Shown here: one piece after another, positions 25,401 through 38,195 of the stretch | How the letters are laid out: every line of letters starts with the position of its first letter | Numbering within the stretch: position 1 is the first letter of the stretch | From: Chrysomallon squamiferum | Taxonomy: Eukaryota; Animalia; Mollusca | Length of the DNA stretch: 64,000 bases | Assembly: GCA_012295275.1 (NCBI GenBank) | Contig: CM022670.1 | Span: 26,908,001 to 26,972,000 of the forward strand | Direction of reading: 5' to 3' | Notes under the pieces: model-generated | Databases searched by the model: none | The model's input: only the letters and a program-made list of their open reading frames with translations | What the model was told of the DNA's origin: nothing | Made by a program: the position numbers and the translations under genes

Positions 25401-27778
25401 TTGAACTTTTTCCGTATCTTGACATTCTTCAGGTGGTTGTAATAAATAAGTATGTTTATTATTCTTTTCTTTGGACGAATAACATGTTGGATTATCAGAA
25501 TGGATCGGCCTGTCAGTATTTTCTGCCTTATTAAATGCAATCTTTGATAATTCGTTGTGTTTACTGATCTTTTTAATTTCCTTCTGATCGCATGATCTCA
25601 CTGACTGCGCGACTTTACAACTACTGCTAAATATATTTGGTATGGTCTTTTTTAACATGTCCACTGTTTTTACAGTAGGTTCTGAAGCGATTGGTTTTAT
25701 CGAGTGTGTTGGTTTATTCTGTTCTGTGATGACTGATTCAGACTTTGATGATTTAAAAATTTTGCTTTATCACAAGACATCTTTTCCGAATTGATCCATT
25801 TATTTTCTTTGTTATATTTCCGGGTCTGATCTTTGTACACTATCGAGGAATCTTCATTAACTGCATTGGCGAGATTTTCCTCACTTCTAGTATTTAATCT
25901 GTCTTTCGAAGAATCATTACATAAACGTTCTTTAAATGTTCCTTTGCACTGATGCAATTCGGATGATTTTAATAAGCGAGAGGTTTTCTTGTCAATTTTT
26001 GGGGGCATGCATTCTTTGGTCTCAGATTCAAGTGGCATATTCTCTAACCTTTCCGCTCTTGTTTTTTTAATTCTCAGTAGCTCTCTAGAGATGCGTGCTT
26101 CTTCAATTAGTTGGTACTTCAATGACAGCATCTGTGGTACAGGCTCTACTGAAACATCCTTATTGGTGTGCTCGGCTATGATTAGCGATTCAGCACTTGG
26201 TGGGTTTAAAATATTTTCCCTACCATAATAATCGTTTTGCAGCTCACTACATTTATTTGTTTGATTAACTTGTTGGTTTTCAGAACGATCTTTTCTCAGT
26301 GATTCGTCTTCTGCGGTAAGAGATTCAGAACTAGATGTGTTTATAATATACGCTGTAGCCTTACAGCGTCGCTTGGATCCTTCGTCGATATTGTTTCCTT
26401 CCGTTACTTGATGATGAAGCGATGCAAAAACATCTCTGTCAGATCCGTAAGGCCAGGTGCTACATGTATCTATGGTATGCGAAAACATTGTTCTAGGTGT
26501 CTCGCTGTATAAACGGGTTTTACTTCTAAATAGTTCTGCGGTCGGCTCCAGAGATCGTTGTTCAGATGATCTGGACGAATCATTTTGTTTAGACTGGCAA
26601 CCACAATAATCTAAAGACCCTCTGTCTTCAGGATGTTCCTTTTGTTGCTGATAATCACACAGCTTCATAGAGGTGGACTGCTTATTAGAAAATGATTCCC
26701 ATGTTTTTGCAGTCAGAGAACCGCTCACATACGAATAACAGTGTTTGTTGTGACCGGTATCATAAACCTGCTTTGGCAAGTGTCGATTTTCAGGTTTTAC
26801 CTTTTGATTCTTTTTATTAGAATATCGTTTTAGCAATTCATCAGAACTGGACAATTTCTTTCTATAATCTTTTGAAGACTGTTCTAGAAATGAACTATCG
26901 GATATCGATGAATGTTCCCCTTTCAATTTTGTTAAACTATCCGCCATTGGACCGGAAACATGCTTTGGCAACACACTATTTTTATTGGTTCCTTTAATTT
27001 GCCTTTCATCAGATAAATGCATGTTCGGCCGAGACGGTACGAGATCCTTATTTTTGTAAATATCTTCCGAATCACTTGATATGTGAGACTCGAAAGTGGA
27101 ATCGAAACTTTCTAAAGAAGTGTCTGAAAAAGGCGATGTAAGCTCCGATAATTCACTCATTTGATATTCATCATAATATCCCAACGACTCATTCGGATTA
27201 TCAGCCACATCAGATGTATCGTGCTCTGTAAGCTCTACGATATTGTCAGTTATATCGGTGTCTAGCAATGCTGCAAAATCATCTCTTGACATATAATTAC
27301 CTTCTCCTTGACCTACGTCATGCTGGTGTGTGGACTGTTCCTCTATTGCAGACATGGATAAATGCCAAACCTCTTGAACGTTCTCTTCGGGTATAGTTCT
27401 TTCTGCTGTATCATGTAGGGTGGCATCTTGGGGATTATAAATATTGGCAGCTAATTCAGATCGAGGTAATTCTTTTGACGGATGCCGCTCGTGAGATGTT
27501 CTGCTTGTGACGGCGGTGTCTGAATTGCTAACGACGTTACTGTTTATCCTACTTTTACATATATCTGTTAATGATATTGGCTTGGTTAGTCGTCTGTATC
27601 TAGAAATTCGCTCAGGAGAACCAACTGCACCACGACTAATGTTACCTGACCTTTCGGCTGCCCTGTCAGGACTGTTTGAAGATCCTGCACGACGATGCAC
27701 CTCTTTACTGGGAGACGTCCTTTTTGAAGAAGTTTTTCGTGCTATAGTTGAATTAGGAACATTCGAGTCATATGACAT
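19493..27778 (-). CDS. Giant intronless Ser/Lys/Asn/Glu-rich low-complexity protein (about 2,700 aa if frames are joined), uncharacterised, with frame breaks
   Basis: Abutting minus-strand ORFs 25697-27823, 22893-25664, pieces in the repeat array and 19493-21720 share composition and have higher GC than the flanks. First ATG is at 27778 (MSYDSNVP). Frame breaks lie near 25750, 22900, 22850, 22230-22325 and 21720. No domain recognised. Confidence 0.7.
21300..23440 (-). repeat. Coding tandem array of 78-nt (26-aa) units, consensus like DSHTDKQNFVRVSSNETSNKRYDLYK
   Basis: The plus-strand core agtttcattacttgatacacggacg recurs at about 78-nt spacing. Variant units (GDIHTGEKNS.., RQDSHKDD.., RNGLYKGD.., TYDLYKDD..) recur in order. 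The array degenerates at both ends. Confidence 0.93.
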
Positions 27779-29234
27779 AATACTTGACACAACGTAGTTT
27801 GCTTGCCGAGAAACGATGTGCACTTCAATGGATACGTACTAAAGTCCCGCCTTCGAGTGTATGGCGATAACTTTCTATATCCTTCTTGATTAGTAAGCAT
27901 TAATTCGCCTGACAGAAGTACCTCAAGTTAGTCTTTAATATCAGTACTGAAGAACTGTTTTGGATTGTTTATTAGTGTTAATTTCAAGGAAGACATCTTA
28001 AGGCATTTTAATCTTCATCTCGGTTATTAAAAAATGTCCAGCAGTGTTTCACAGAAATATTATCGGAACTAAAAACAGTACTATTGGTTTCTTCTGTTGT
28101 TTCTTTTAGAAATTATGCATTAATAATGAAATATGTTTTGGTTTTAATTATACTGTGCTTCTTTTTTTTTTTTTCAAATAATTTTCTTTTAAAAATCTTA
28201 GAATGGTTACTATAATATAAGTTAGATTTGTAAGTTCAAACCATTTAAATGTTTTTATTCTAGATTATAGACATGTCTTCTTATGCTTGTTATGCTTCCT
28301 TCTGCTTCTTGTTTTAAACAAATGTTATTAAAACTTAATAGGGTTTGATATTTCCGTATTCTTGATGTGGAATTATCTTTGATATCTCTTTATATATTTG
28401 TTTTTCTTAATCACTATGGTACATATATATTACAACTGTTATTTATCATTGTGTATTTATTGTGCATTTTCTTGACTATTTTAAGCATCATGTTTTGTTT
28501 TAATTAATTCCTATGGTTTATCTTATCGCAGTTCATATTTTGCGTAACAGGAATTTCTTCTTGTCATCTAGGCCAATTTCATATGAAGGTCCTCTTGTTG
28601 TAACCTTGAAAAGTGTTTAGTTTGTATCAGTATATAATTATTATTTATAATATAAAGCAAATTTGTACGTCATAAATTTACTGCATTTATTTTTTTATAT
28701 TATTATTTTTTTAATAATGCAGTTATCAATGATAATGATTCCATAATTGATAAAATTTTAGACTACGCTATAATAGTATAATAAGATATGATATTAGGAT
28801 ATATAAAACAAAGCCTTTTTCTAACTTCTATTTTTTTTTTTTTTTTTAGAACAATGATAACTAAATATTAACATTTTCAATAACTAAGTAATATCTATGA
28901 TAGTAAACTACAATATATTTTACAATAGCAGAATGGCTAGGCGAGATTTTCGGAGATCTCTTTAATTTATTTGTAACACCGGGTAACGACAATAGGCCTA
29001 CACAACTGCAGTATTCTAAGAAACATAGAATGAATATAGATTAAATTTCAGTATCATTATCGGGTGTTTTTTGGTTGGTTTTTTTTATTGTTTTTTTTTA
29101 AATTTAACAAATATTTATTATATAATAATAAATTTAAAAAAATACAAAATAAAATTAAAGTAAAAACTATGATTAAAGAAATATATATTTACTCACCTAA
29201 ATTGAAGTGACGTAGATTAATAAGATTTTTGTGC

Positions 29235-29249
29235 GTGACGTCACCGGAA
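29235..29249. promoter_or_regulatory. Perfect CRE palindrome (gTGACGTCAc) next to CCGGAA; possible promoter of the giant-ORF gene
   Basis: GTGACGTCAC at 29235-29244. A strong minus-strand donor (TTAG|GTGAGT) near 29197 suggests a non-coding first exon. Function is inferred. Confidence 0.4.
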
Positions 29250-30425
29250 CTGTAAATCTAATTATTGCTGAAATGCAACTTTACACTATTAACGAATCCA
29301 CTGAACTGCGGTGTGAAAAGAGAACTTTAATCGAATAAAAATATATATGTAGAATAAGCTAATTCATGCAACGGGATTTTTTTTTTTTTTTTCAATCCTT
29401 GATTAACAATCAATATACACATTAAAAGAAAGACAAACTAATTATTAATTTCATATTTATCGCACGCAACTTAAAATCCTATTCAGCGTTCCCCTCCACA
29501 TTAAAAGTGTTTCTCTTGCAAGAAACGTATTATTTTTTTTATTATTATTATTATACAGAGTCTTGCAGCTTTTTAATTTGCATTAGCAAACTGACTTTGA
29601 TTCTGACAGTATATAATCCAGCACGTCCTTTTAATATCATGATATATATCCATCGGATAAATACTGTTATTTGACAGCCGAAAACTATTTTATGGAAAAT
29701 AATATTTTCAGTCAGCGTGTTTGATATATTTATATATAATCACTGAAATTTTCATTTCAAAATTAATGTCAAATTTTAAGACTTAGGATTCAGTATCCTG
29801 TAATCAAATCGACTATCTTGCAAAACTGTTATATATTATAGAAAGAAATATTAATAAACATGACAGTATATATATAAAAATATATTTTTTATTCATTTTG
29901 CTCATTAGCAAAGATATACATAAGATGTGCAGTTATCGATACTATTTCTGTCAAACAAAACAAACAAAAATAATAATAATAACAAAATAAGTTTTCATCT
30001 CTCGCACACACACGCTCTCTTGCTCTCTGATTCGTCATGTGTAAATATGTTTTCTTTCATACATATCCAAATTATTTCCCTTTTAAACGGAAGAAAAAAA
30101 CTTTTGTTTTTTCAGGTTTTTTATCTCAATACTTTTTAAGCATTTTTCTTGTTTTGTCATCTTTTTTCTTCTGGCTCATAAAACCTACAGTAAAGCAAAG
30201 AGAATTTACTGCCAAAGGAAAATCAACATGATACCCATATATCTTACTCATAAACTCATAGGTCATTCCGTTTTCTACGAGCAGTTTATGCTATTCCATA
30301 ACAAGTCACCTCTGGCTCTAGAGCTCTGTCATGCTGCCGTAGTCTAATTACTGTATCTTCATTTTTTAATAGATTTTTTTGATAACCATTACATTTTTCT
30401 TATCTAAAACTGCTAAATATTAATG

Positions 30426-32379
30426 TCATACAAAGGTTTCTAAACCTATCCCATGATGGTAAAGACCAAACAAAACAACTTCACAGTGGTACAGTTGGTC
30501 AGATGCTGGTTTCTCCCACTCTATTTCAACGGTTCTTCTGTCAATTCTGTGTTTGTGAAAACCTATACTTTCCATGGAGTTTCTGTATCGCTCAAAGAGT
30601 TGCTTGACGAAATCTATGTTCTTTATTGTACTGTTCATTCGAAGGACATCTTGCAGCTGAAAAATTTAAAATATACATATTCCATCTTTCTTCAATATCA
30701 TACTTGTTTTTAAAACAGTTTTACAGTTACCAATATTAAAACAATAATTAATTTAAAAACCCAAGACACCTCACAGAAATAAAAATCAAAAAGGAACAAC
30801 GACACCTCCAGCATCAATAAAATAGTATCACTTTAACTGTAAGAATTAATCCGGAATAATCTTGACTAAATCTGTAACATGGACAGTATAATTAAATACC
30901 AGTGTTGACAGTAATTTTATTTATATATATATATTGATTTTTTTCCCTTCTTCTTCGTCTGTTATTTATAGGTTGTTTTGTTTTGTTGTTTTTTGGGTGG
31001 GAGGTTTGGGGAAGTCAGATTATTTTTTTCCCGCAATAATACTGATGAACAAATAAAACAATACAGTTTTATTACTAATTTATGTTTCATTATACTTATG
31101 TAAATATATATTATGTCTTATATAAATTATAAGTATCAAACACTCACAACACAAAGTAAATTATATCCTTCTTGGTCTTCCAAATACAGCATCATACGAA
31201 AGTTGTTCCAGTCAAGTTCTGGAGAAATTAAAAAAAAAAAAAAAAAAAATTAAATTAAATTACATAAATAACGTTTGTAAATAATGTTGCTAGCTGTAAC
31301 ACACTGTACTTTAGCTTATCTCTAAAAATATGTTCCAAATACGAGACTACATTACTGAAAGGATTAACGTTCATTGACGGTTTCAGTAGATCATGAAACT
31401 GTAAATGTTCGGCACAGTACACACAAGTGTGTCGAACTGTGCTAGAATGGGAAAAGCATGATTACCATTGATTTTATAACTGCACATTACAAAATATTTG
31501 TATTTTTGCTCCACTAAATCATAACGATTATGATGATGATAACTGAGCGCTATTATTATTATTATTATTGCCGTTATCTTTTAGAATCAGATACTTTCTC
31601 AAAAAAATTATCATTATTATCTGTCATTAACACAACGGAGAGAATCCAAAAAAACCACACAAAAAACCCCAGAGAAATCCTACCTAAGAAGCTATCCAGC
31701 AGCATTCGAAATCCATATAACGAGGACACCGTAACTTGTTCAGTGACGCTCACTTCAATGTAATCCAGTTTGTGATTTCCTTCCGGTTCCGTAATTTCAA
31801 AGTTTAAGCCAATCAGAATTATTTTCCAGTAGTCTGGATCCAAAATGGCTGGCTTTCGTTTCGTATCTATATACAGCGCCGGAAATCCAGGAGACGAGTC
31901 TGGCGCTCTTATAGCACGAATAGCTGTGTCCACCTGAAATACATGAGATCAGCACGAATAGTAATGAAACTGTACTGAAAGACAGATAAACACATTTATT
32001 TTCATGTTATAAGCAATGGGTCTAAATGTCCAGCACATAAGCAAATAAGGTAGTGTAGTAATATAATTATACATTATTATGTGGATGGTGTTTCGATAGC
32101 ACCAGAGATTCTAAAAATCAGTATATCTATCAGTCTGTGTCTGTTTATTTTGCTGATTGGTAAGACGGATTTTGAGATAATAATATAGAAATATCAGCTT
32201 ATCCATCTGTTTATCTTTCGATCTATTCATAACATGATTAGAAAAAGAAGTAATATAGCTTTAAGTTTAACTACAGATTTAAATAATATTATACCTGTTG
32301 GGCCAGAAAAGCGAAATAAATTCCAATAAACATTTATAAATTTAAAATATATGTTAATGAACTATTGATAGGCCTAAGT

Positions 32380-32462
<83 letters not shown>

Positions 32463-35400
32463 AAACACACACACAAAAAAAAAACCCTAATTTTTAATTT
32501 GACTATAAAAATTAAAACTTAAGCTTACATTATCTAGTAAAAACGAAACAGCTAGTTTTGCATTGAACTCGTCTATGTATATCTTCAGAAGCTTCTTCAA
32601 AGCTGGCTGCCATTCCATGGCATGGGTGTCACCCAACAATCTCGTCATGTATATGTGTTCATTGCCGCCCCCATTAATCACAGCTGTAAAGTAAATATAT
32701 TGGTGATACCTACAAGAATCGTGGTAAACTTCGATACCCGATATTTAAATAATAATAATAATAATAATAATAACAACACATGTATATATTTATAATTATA
32801 ATTTGCATTTAATGCATTTGGATGTTATAAAACAGCATATAATGTAACCAGTCTTGGATGAAATAACGAAAAAGAGTGTGCAGAGTAACTGAAAATTTAT
32901 ATCAGACTGTAATGTCTCAAAAGGCTTTAAACAAAAGGGGAAACAAATACAGTATGTTAATATAATAATAGCATGTCTCATTCGACTACTACTGTTTTGC
33001 TGAAAGATAGTGGATTGTTTATCTGCTCTTATTTTATGGATCAAAATATGTTACACGAATGTTTTATACAAACAAGTGTATCCATTACTATCCTAAACGA
33101 AGCAGAAAAGAATGCTCCATTCAAAGCTAACTTTACATTACCTGTTTTCATATTTTTGTATTTGTTACGATTACGTTGGTGTCTAAAAGTTTTACCCTAA
33201 AAGGTAGTGCGTTTCAAAACATTAAATTATAAGCATAAATGATAAGTCAGTAGATACTGATATGTATCATTATAACATTTATACAGTGTGATTATACCTC
33301 ATTAATTAACGTGTGTATAATTTTAATATATATAAAATGAATAACACTTATAGTTTTTGTCAGTGCAGTTACTTTCTCATAATTAAAATGTATCACAATT
33401 ATTTCAGATACAGCTATACTACTATTTTTCCGGAGCTCTTCGTTACAAAGCATTCCCGATTTATCCAGACCAAAAGAGATCACATAAAGATAAAAATATT
33501 TCTGCAATACACCTCGGAACAGTTAACATATATCTTTCATGTCTCTATAAATATTAAAAGTTTATCAGTATAGGCTGGATCAATCAAATCGAATTATATA
33601 TTTAAAAAAATTAAAAAAAAAAAAAAAATTAAATGTAACTTAATTAATGAATTTCAAATACTCGTTCCTAATTTTATCCGGTTTAAAAATGTTCCGGATG
33701 ATTAGGTCCGGAAGATCGATTTGCTACCTATATCACTGATTTGTGTAATGATTTAAAATAAATAAATAAATAAATAGATATTCACATATTTTATAAAATA
33801 GTCCATGAAAGACAATGCACAAAGTTGTTAATGTATTTTTGTTTAACATTACTGTAACAAATGTAATGCAAATATAATGCATAAAAAATTCTGTTTTTTT
33901 TTTCTAAAATATTACGGCGATATTAGTTCCAGTGAACAGTTTGTATAATTGTTTCTGAACAAATCACTCCTTTTGGGGAACAACAGTATTAATTTTACTT
34001 GACAGACAGTTTTGTCACCAATCGTGTTTAAATAACTTCTGATTAAAATAATAGGGTCATTCCGTGTCTCACCCAATGGGTTAAACCCGACCGTCTCAGA
34101 TTTTTATGAAACTTGGTATACTTGTTGACTGGGATCCCACAGCACCAAATCCGAAATTTTAGGTCAATAGGACCAACGGTGTGAGAGATATGCACCCCCC
34201 CCAAATTTGGCGATTTTCGACCAAAATGGGTATGACCACCAACATTTGAACCCTGATATCTCAGGAACTACTGAGCCAATCTTCATAAAGCTGTAATTGT
34301 TGAAAAGGCAATATAATAAGGATTCCAAATCTGCCATTATCGAAGAAAGTTGGGGTTCACTGACATTTATGACCTTTGTTATGATCTTGAAATTAACCTT
34401 GTGGATCACGTGACCTTGATATGATCTTTCTTAAAATTTAATCTCCCACATGTTTACTAAAACATTTAAAAGTTTCAGAGATATAATATTTTTTGTTTAG
34501 TCACAATATAGATTTTAAAAAATGCATACCTGCACAGATGATTGCATTTCAATGTACATTTTCTATATGTATACACTTCTCTGATACCAAAAACACATTT
34601 TTGGAGTCAAAAATCACCTGACATGTCTGATGGAATGCCTGAAGAATATGATAATATGCCAAATGGCATGAGATATTCTACACAATCCGGCCCAAAGGGT
34701 TAAAAGGAAGTGTGGATTCAGGCATGTCAGGAACTCCTTGAAATCCCCATTGAGCACATGGCAATTAGAAGTTTATACTACTAATTCTTCTACTGCTCTG
34801 TCTATTCCCACTACCTTTTGTTCCTAACTATTTCTACTAATACTGCATCTTCTTCTACTGACACTGTTATCAGACAACACTTACCACCACAGTTAGCCAT
34901 AACTTTATATCATAGTATTCCAAAAGCTTTAAATAATATCGATCTAGTAAGTTTTGATTTTTAACATAAACTGACAGGTTTAACACACGGAATTATGACC
35001 GTCAACAAGGTGCAAATAATAACCGAGAATATGAGAAAGCTAAATAAAGCGTCATAAGAGATTAGGTAACATATCGATCTTGTCTTCTGGCAACGTGTCT
35101 GAATATTTTATCAAGTACTTACACGTATACAAAGGTTACATATCAGGGATAAGGAAGAAAATACGGGTTATTTAATATGTATACGACATTTTTGCATTGC
35201 TGATCTACTGTGGCATTATGAATATGTTATGCATGTAAGTATAAGTGTATCTGTGAGTGAATTGTGCATGCATCTAGATGTATTTGTACGTGTTCGTAAG
35301 TATATATATATAAAAAAAGAGAATAAATTATGAAGTAAATGAGGTTGTTTTGGATTTATGGGTCGGTTAGTATGTAAGGAATAATATATAATTATGTCAA

Positions 35401-36433
35401 AAAACAAAATGTATGAAAATCCTGGTAAAATTACATCTGAGAAACTTCAGGTTTTGCTGTACAGTATTTAAAGTACAAAGCATATAAACACTTTATTCAT
35501 TCTGCGTTTTGTGTTCTCTCATTAAAGAGCCTTAATCCTTGCTTGTATATTTCGCACCTGCGATGTTTTTGTTCTAAACAATGAAAAAATTAAAAGGTGG
35601 TCCACTTCCTCTAACCTGGAGGCAATAAGCTGACTATTCAAGGATTAAAACTATGTAAGTGTTTAATCCGATTAAGCTTGCCAGTTGTAGGATTAAATCT
35701 ATAACACATGATTTAACAAATATGATGTACAGAAAGCACATGTATATTTATATATACATGTGCTTTCTGTGAGTCTTTGGCTACATAAATCGGCCAGTAG
35801 CATAATTCTAATCGGTCTTGTTACAAATAATATTATGAATGGAAAATAAAATAAAATAAATACTTGATGTTAATAAACTGTTTATTCTTTGGATATGTCG
35901 ACATGATGCATTATTAATCGACATTTAATATCTGTTATTAAGATGTCTAGAGGTATCATTTACATACTAACATAGTCATTACAATGCATTAACGAGCCTA
36001 GACAAATTGAGAAGCGAATGAATATGCAAGAGTTATATAATATTTTGTATTTTATTTGTCCGTAGCCAGTGTTTGTGACTGAGGACCACTGTAGAAGCAA
36101 AGAAGAAAAACGAGAGAGAGAGATGTGGTCATGATAGTGAGAATTTAAGCGTAATAGCAACATTATAACTATTTATAAAACGGAGCCATATTCAAACATG
36201 TTATGTTATCATTTCACGATAGAACAATAAAACGTACCTTGTAGATTCATGGTTTGACCTGGTAACGCTTCATTTTTGTTATCTACATTTTCCGGTGTTT
36301 TTTGCTGTTGACGGTATTGAGTAGTACCTCCCCGTGTCACACCAGACCGCCCTGACCAGTTGTGCGAGTCGTACTGTCTGTTGTAAGACTGCATGTGCTC
36401 CGCTTCAGCAGACGATAATAATGAGAGAGACAT
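30426..36433 (-). CDS. Uncharacterised 300-aa protein, 5 exons
   Basis: Exons 36433-36238, 32683-32529 (AVINGGGNEHIYMTRLLGDTHAMEWQPALKKLL..), 31933-31684 (VDTAIRAIRAPDSSPGFPALYID..), 31218-31148 (ELDWNNFRMMLYLEDQEGYNLLCV) and 30656-30426 (LQDVLRMN..GLETFV*). All junctions are GT-AG, phases 1,0,1,0 are compatible and the total is 903 nt. The exon 1 assignment is least certain. Confidence 0.8.
32383..32458. repeat. (GA)n microsatellite
   Basis: Direct reading. Confidence 0.97.
34054..35001. mobile_element. Degenerate non-autonomous DNA transposon in an intron
   Basis: Left end GGGTCATTCCGTGT (34054-34067) and right end ACACGGAAT(tat)GACC (34985-35000) form an imperfect inverted repeat. The interior is GC-richer. 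No transposase ORF seen and the TSD is not clear. Confidence 0.5.
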
Positions 36434-37705
36434 ACCAGATTATTTACCAGTCAAAGTTTTAATGATGATAAAAATGTATCTGTCTGTGAACGTCTGGTAC
36501 AACGTTTTAACGTTAGTTTTTAATGATGAATATAATATTAATACATCTGTTTAACTAGAGCAAATACAATAAAAAATAGATATAACCCCTCCGATTTTTT
36601 TTTTTTTTTTAGTATCTGTTTTATCTTAACTCGCGTAACTACTAACTGGATAATTATGTAAAAAATTACTTTTAAATGATCTTACATCCGTATGCTATTA
36701 AAAGTACATTTTCACTTCTCTGCTTATATATTCATTGACGTTCCCACGCAAATGGTTCACGTGTTTCGAAAAACTATGTGACGAAAGAACTCGTGATATT
36801 CTTTAGAAATTTAAAATGCCAAACAACACGTAACAGAAGACGAGTCATCGTTTTCTTGGAAAAAGTAAAACTTTTCATATAATTGTAGGCCTTTATACAA
36901 AATCGAGTTGTTACGTAAGAAATATGAATTTAATATATCCTGTTACGGTACCCATAATAAGGCTATGGATTTACTGAGTAACAAGAAAAACCCCACAAAC
37001 CCCCCTCCAAAAAATCAACAAAACAACCCATCCCTCTCTTTCACAGACACATTTTAAGCTACATAAACATTCTAAACATATATCTGTGTGATCCATAAGA
37101 AATGATAAATTCGATTTTATGACACCTCGGTTAATGTGAATTAACTTTGATATTAAACCTCAGTACAGTGAAAGTCTTTGTGAGTGATGTTTTTTCACGG
37201 AGAGATTTTTTTATTTTCACTTTATCAGCACAACAATGAGTCGGAGGACTTCAAATTATATGTAAAAATGGCAAATTGTTCTTAGGCCTTTTAAAAGTAA
37301 TAAATAATAACAAAATCTAATTATAAACCATTCTAAGCACTGTGAATTAGAATGCCTTGATCTCATTGTGGGGATATATTCAGATATTATAAATTTATTA
37401 AATTCTGTATTATTGATGCTAAAAGGCTAAGTCACAGTATATTGTGTATAACACCAGTTTTAAATATATGTTTTAACACATGTATATACATTCTGAGATG
37501 TATTCAAATATGCATAATTATATATACACCCCTGACACAAAAGGATATTGACACAATTACATGCACACCTGTTCATGAATACCTACCCAACTAGCCCATG
37601 CGTATGTTGTGACATCATCATCCTTCTGTACACAATGAGATCACCTGACTATACTGAAAGGAAACATTTTTAAAACGGATATTCTGTTACCAATGTATTT
37701 AAGTC

Positions 37706-37736
<31 letters not shown>

Positions 37737-38195
37737 TCTTATGTAACAAAATTTTCTCCATTACACTAAATTGGATATATTACAAGTAGTGTAAAATGTG
37801 GGTAATGTTATTATTTTTTGAAAGGGTAAGCCTTCATGACCTAGTTTGCCCAATCTTTTTTAATCTGTGAATCACAACAAGGAAGTTGTTAAGATAAGTA
37901 CTAGATATTGCTCTCATTTGTTGATTGCCTTTCTTCTAGTTCAGCTATAGTTATTTACAAACGGAAAAACACCATCATGATGCAATTGCTAGCATAAAAT
38001 GCAAACTGCTAGCAAAAAACATTCATTTGATTTAACTGAAAAATGTGTTGTCTGATTACACTATTTCTAACAGAGTTCTGTAAATCTGAAAAACTGAAGA
38101 CAGGAGTATTTGTTTATCTACACGTAATTTGAAAAGTTTCCACAGAAATAATCTGAAAATTATAAAATATAGCTGTTTTTACATCCTGACAAAAC

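Noticed and set aside
23518-25404. Plus-strand ORFs of 120-165 aa (also 20589-21002 and 25989-26228)
   Set aside because: Antisense shadows of the giant minus-strand ORF, with no independent coding signal.
33405-33503. Possible extra exon of the orphan gene
   Set aside because: In the required phase it contains a stop (TCT GGA TAA), and exons 1 and 2 already join in frame.
38131-38141. GAAAAGTTTCC as an NF-kB site before the TLR
   Set aside because: Imperfect match, likely in the UTR or an intron, and common by chance in AT-rich DNA.
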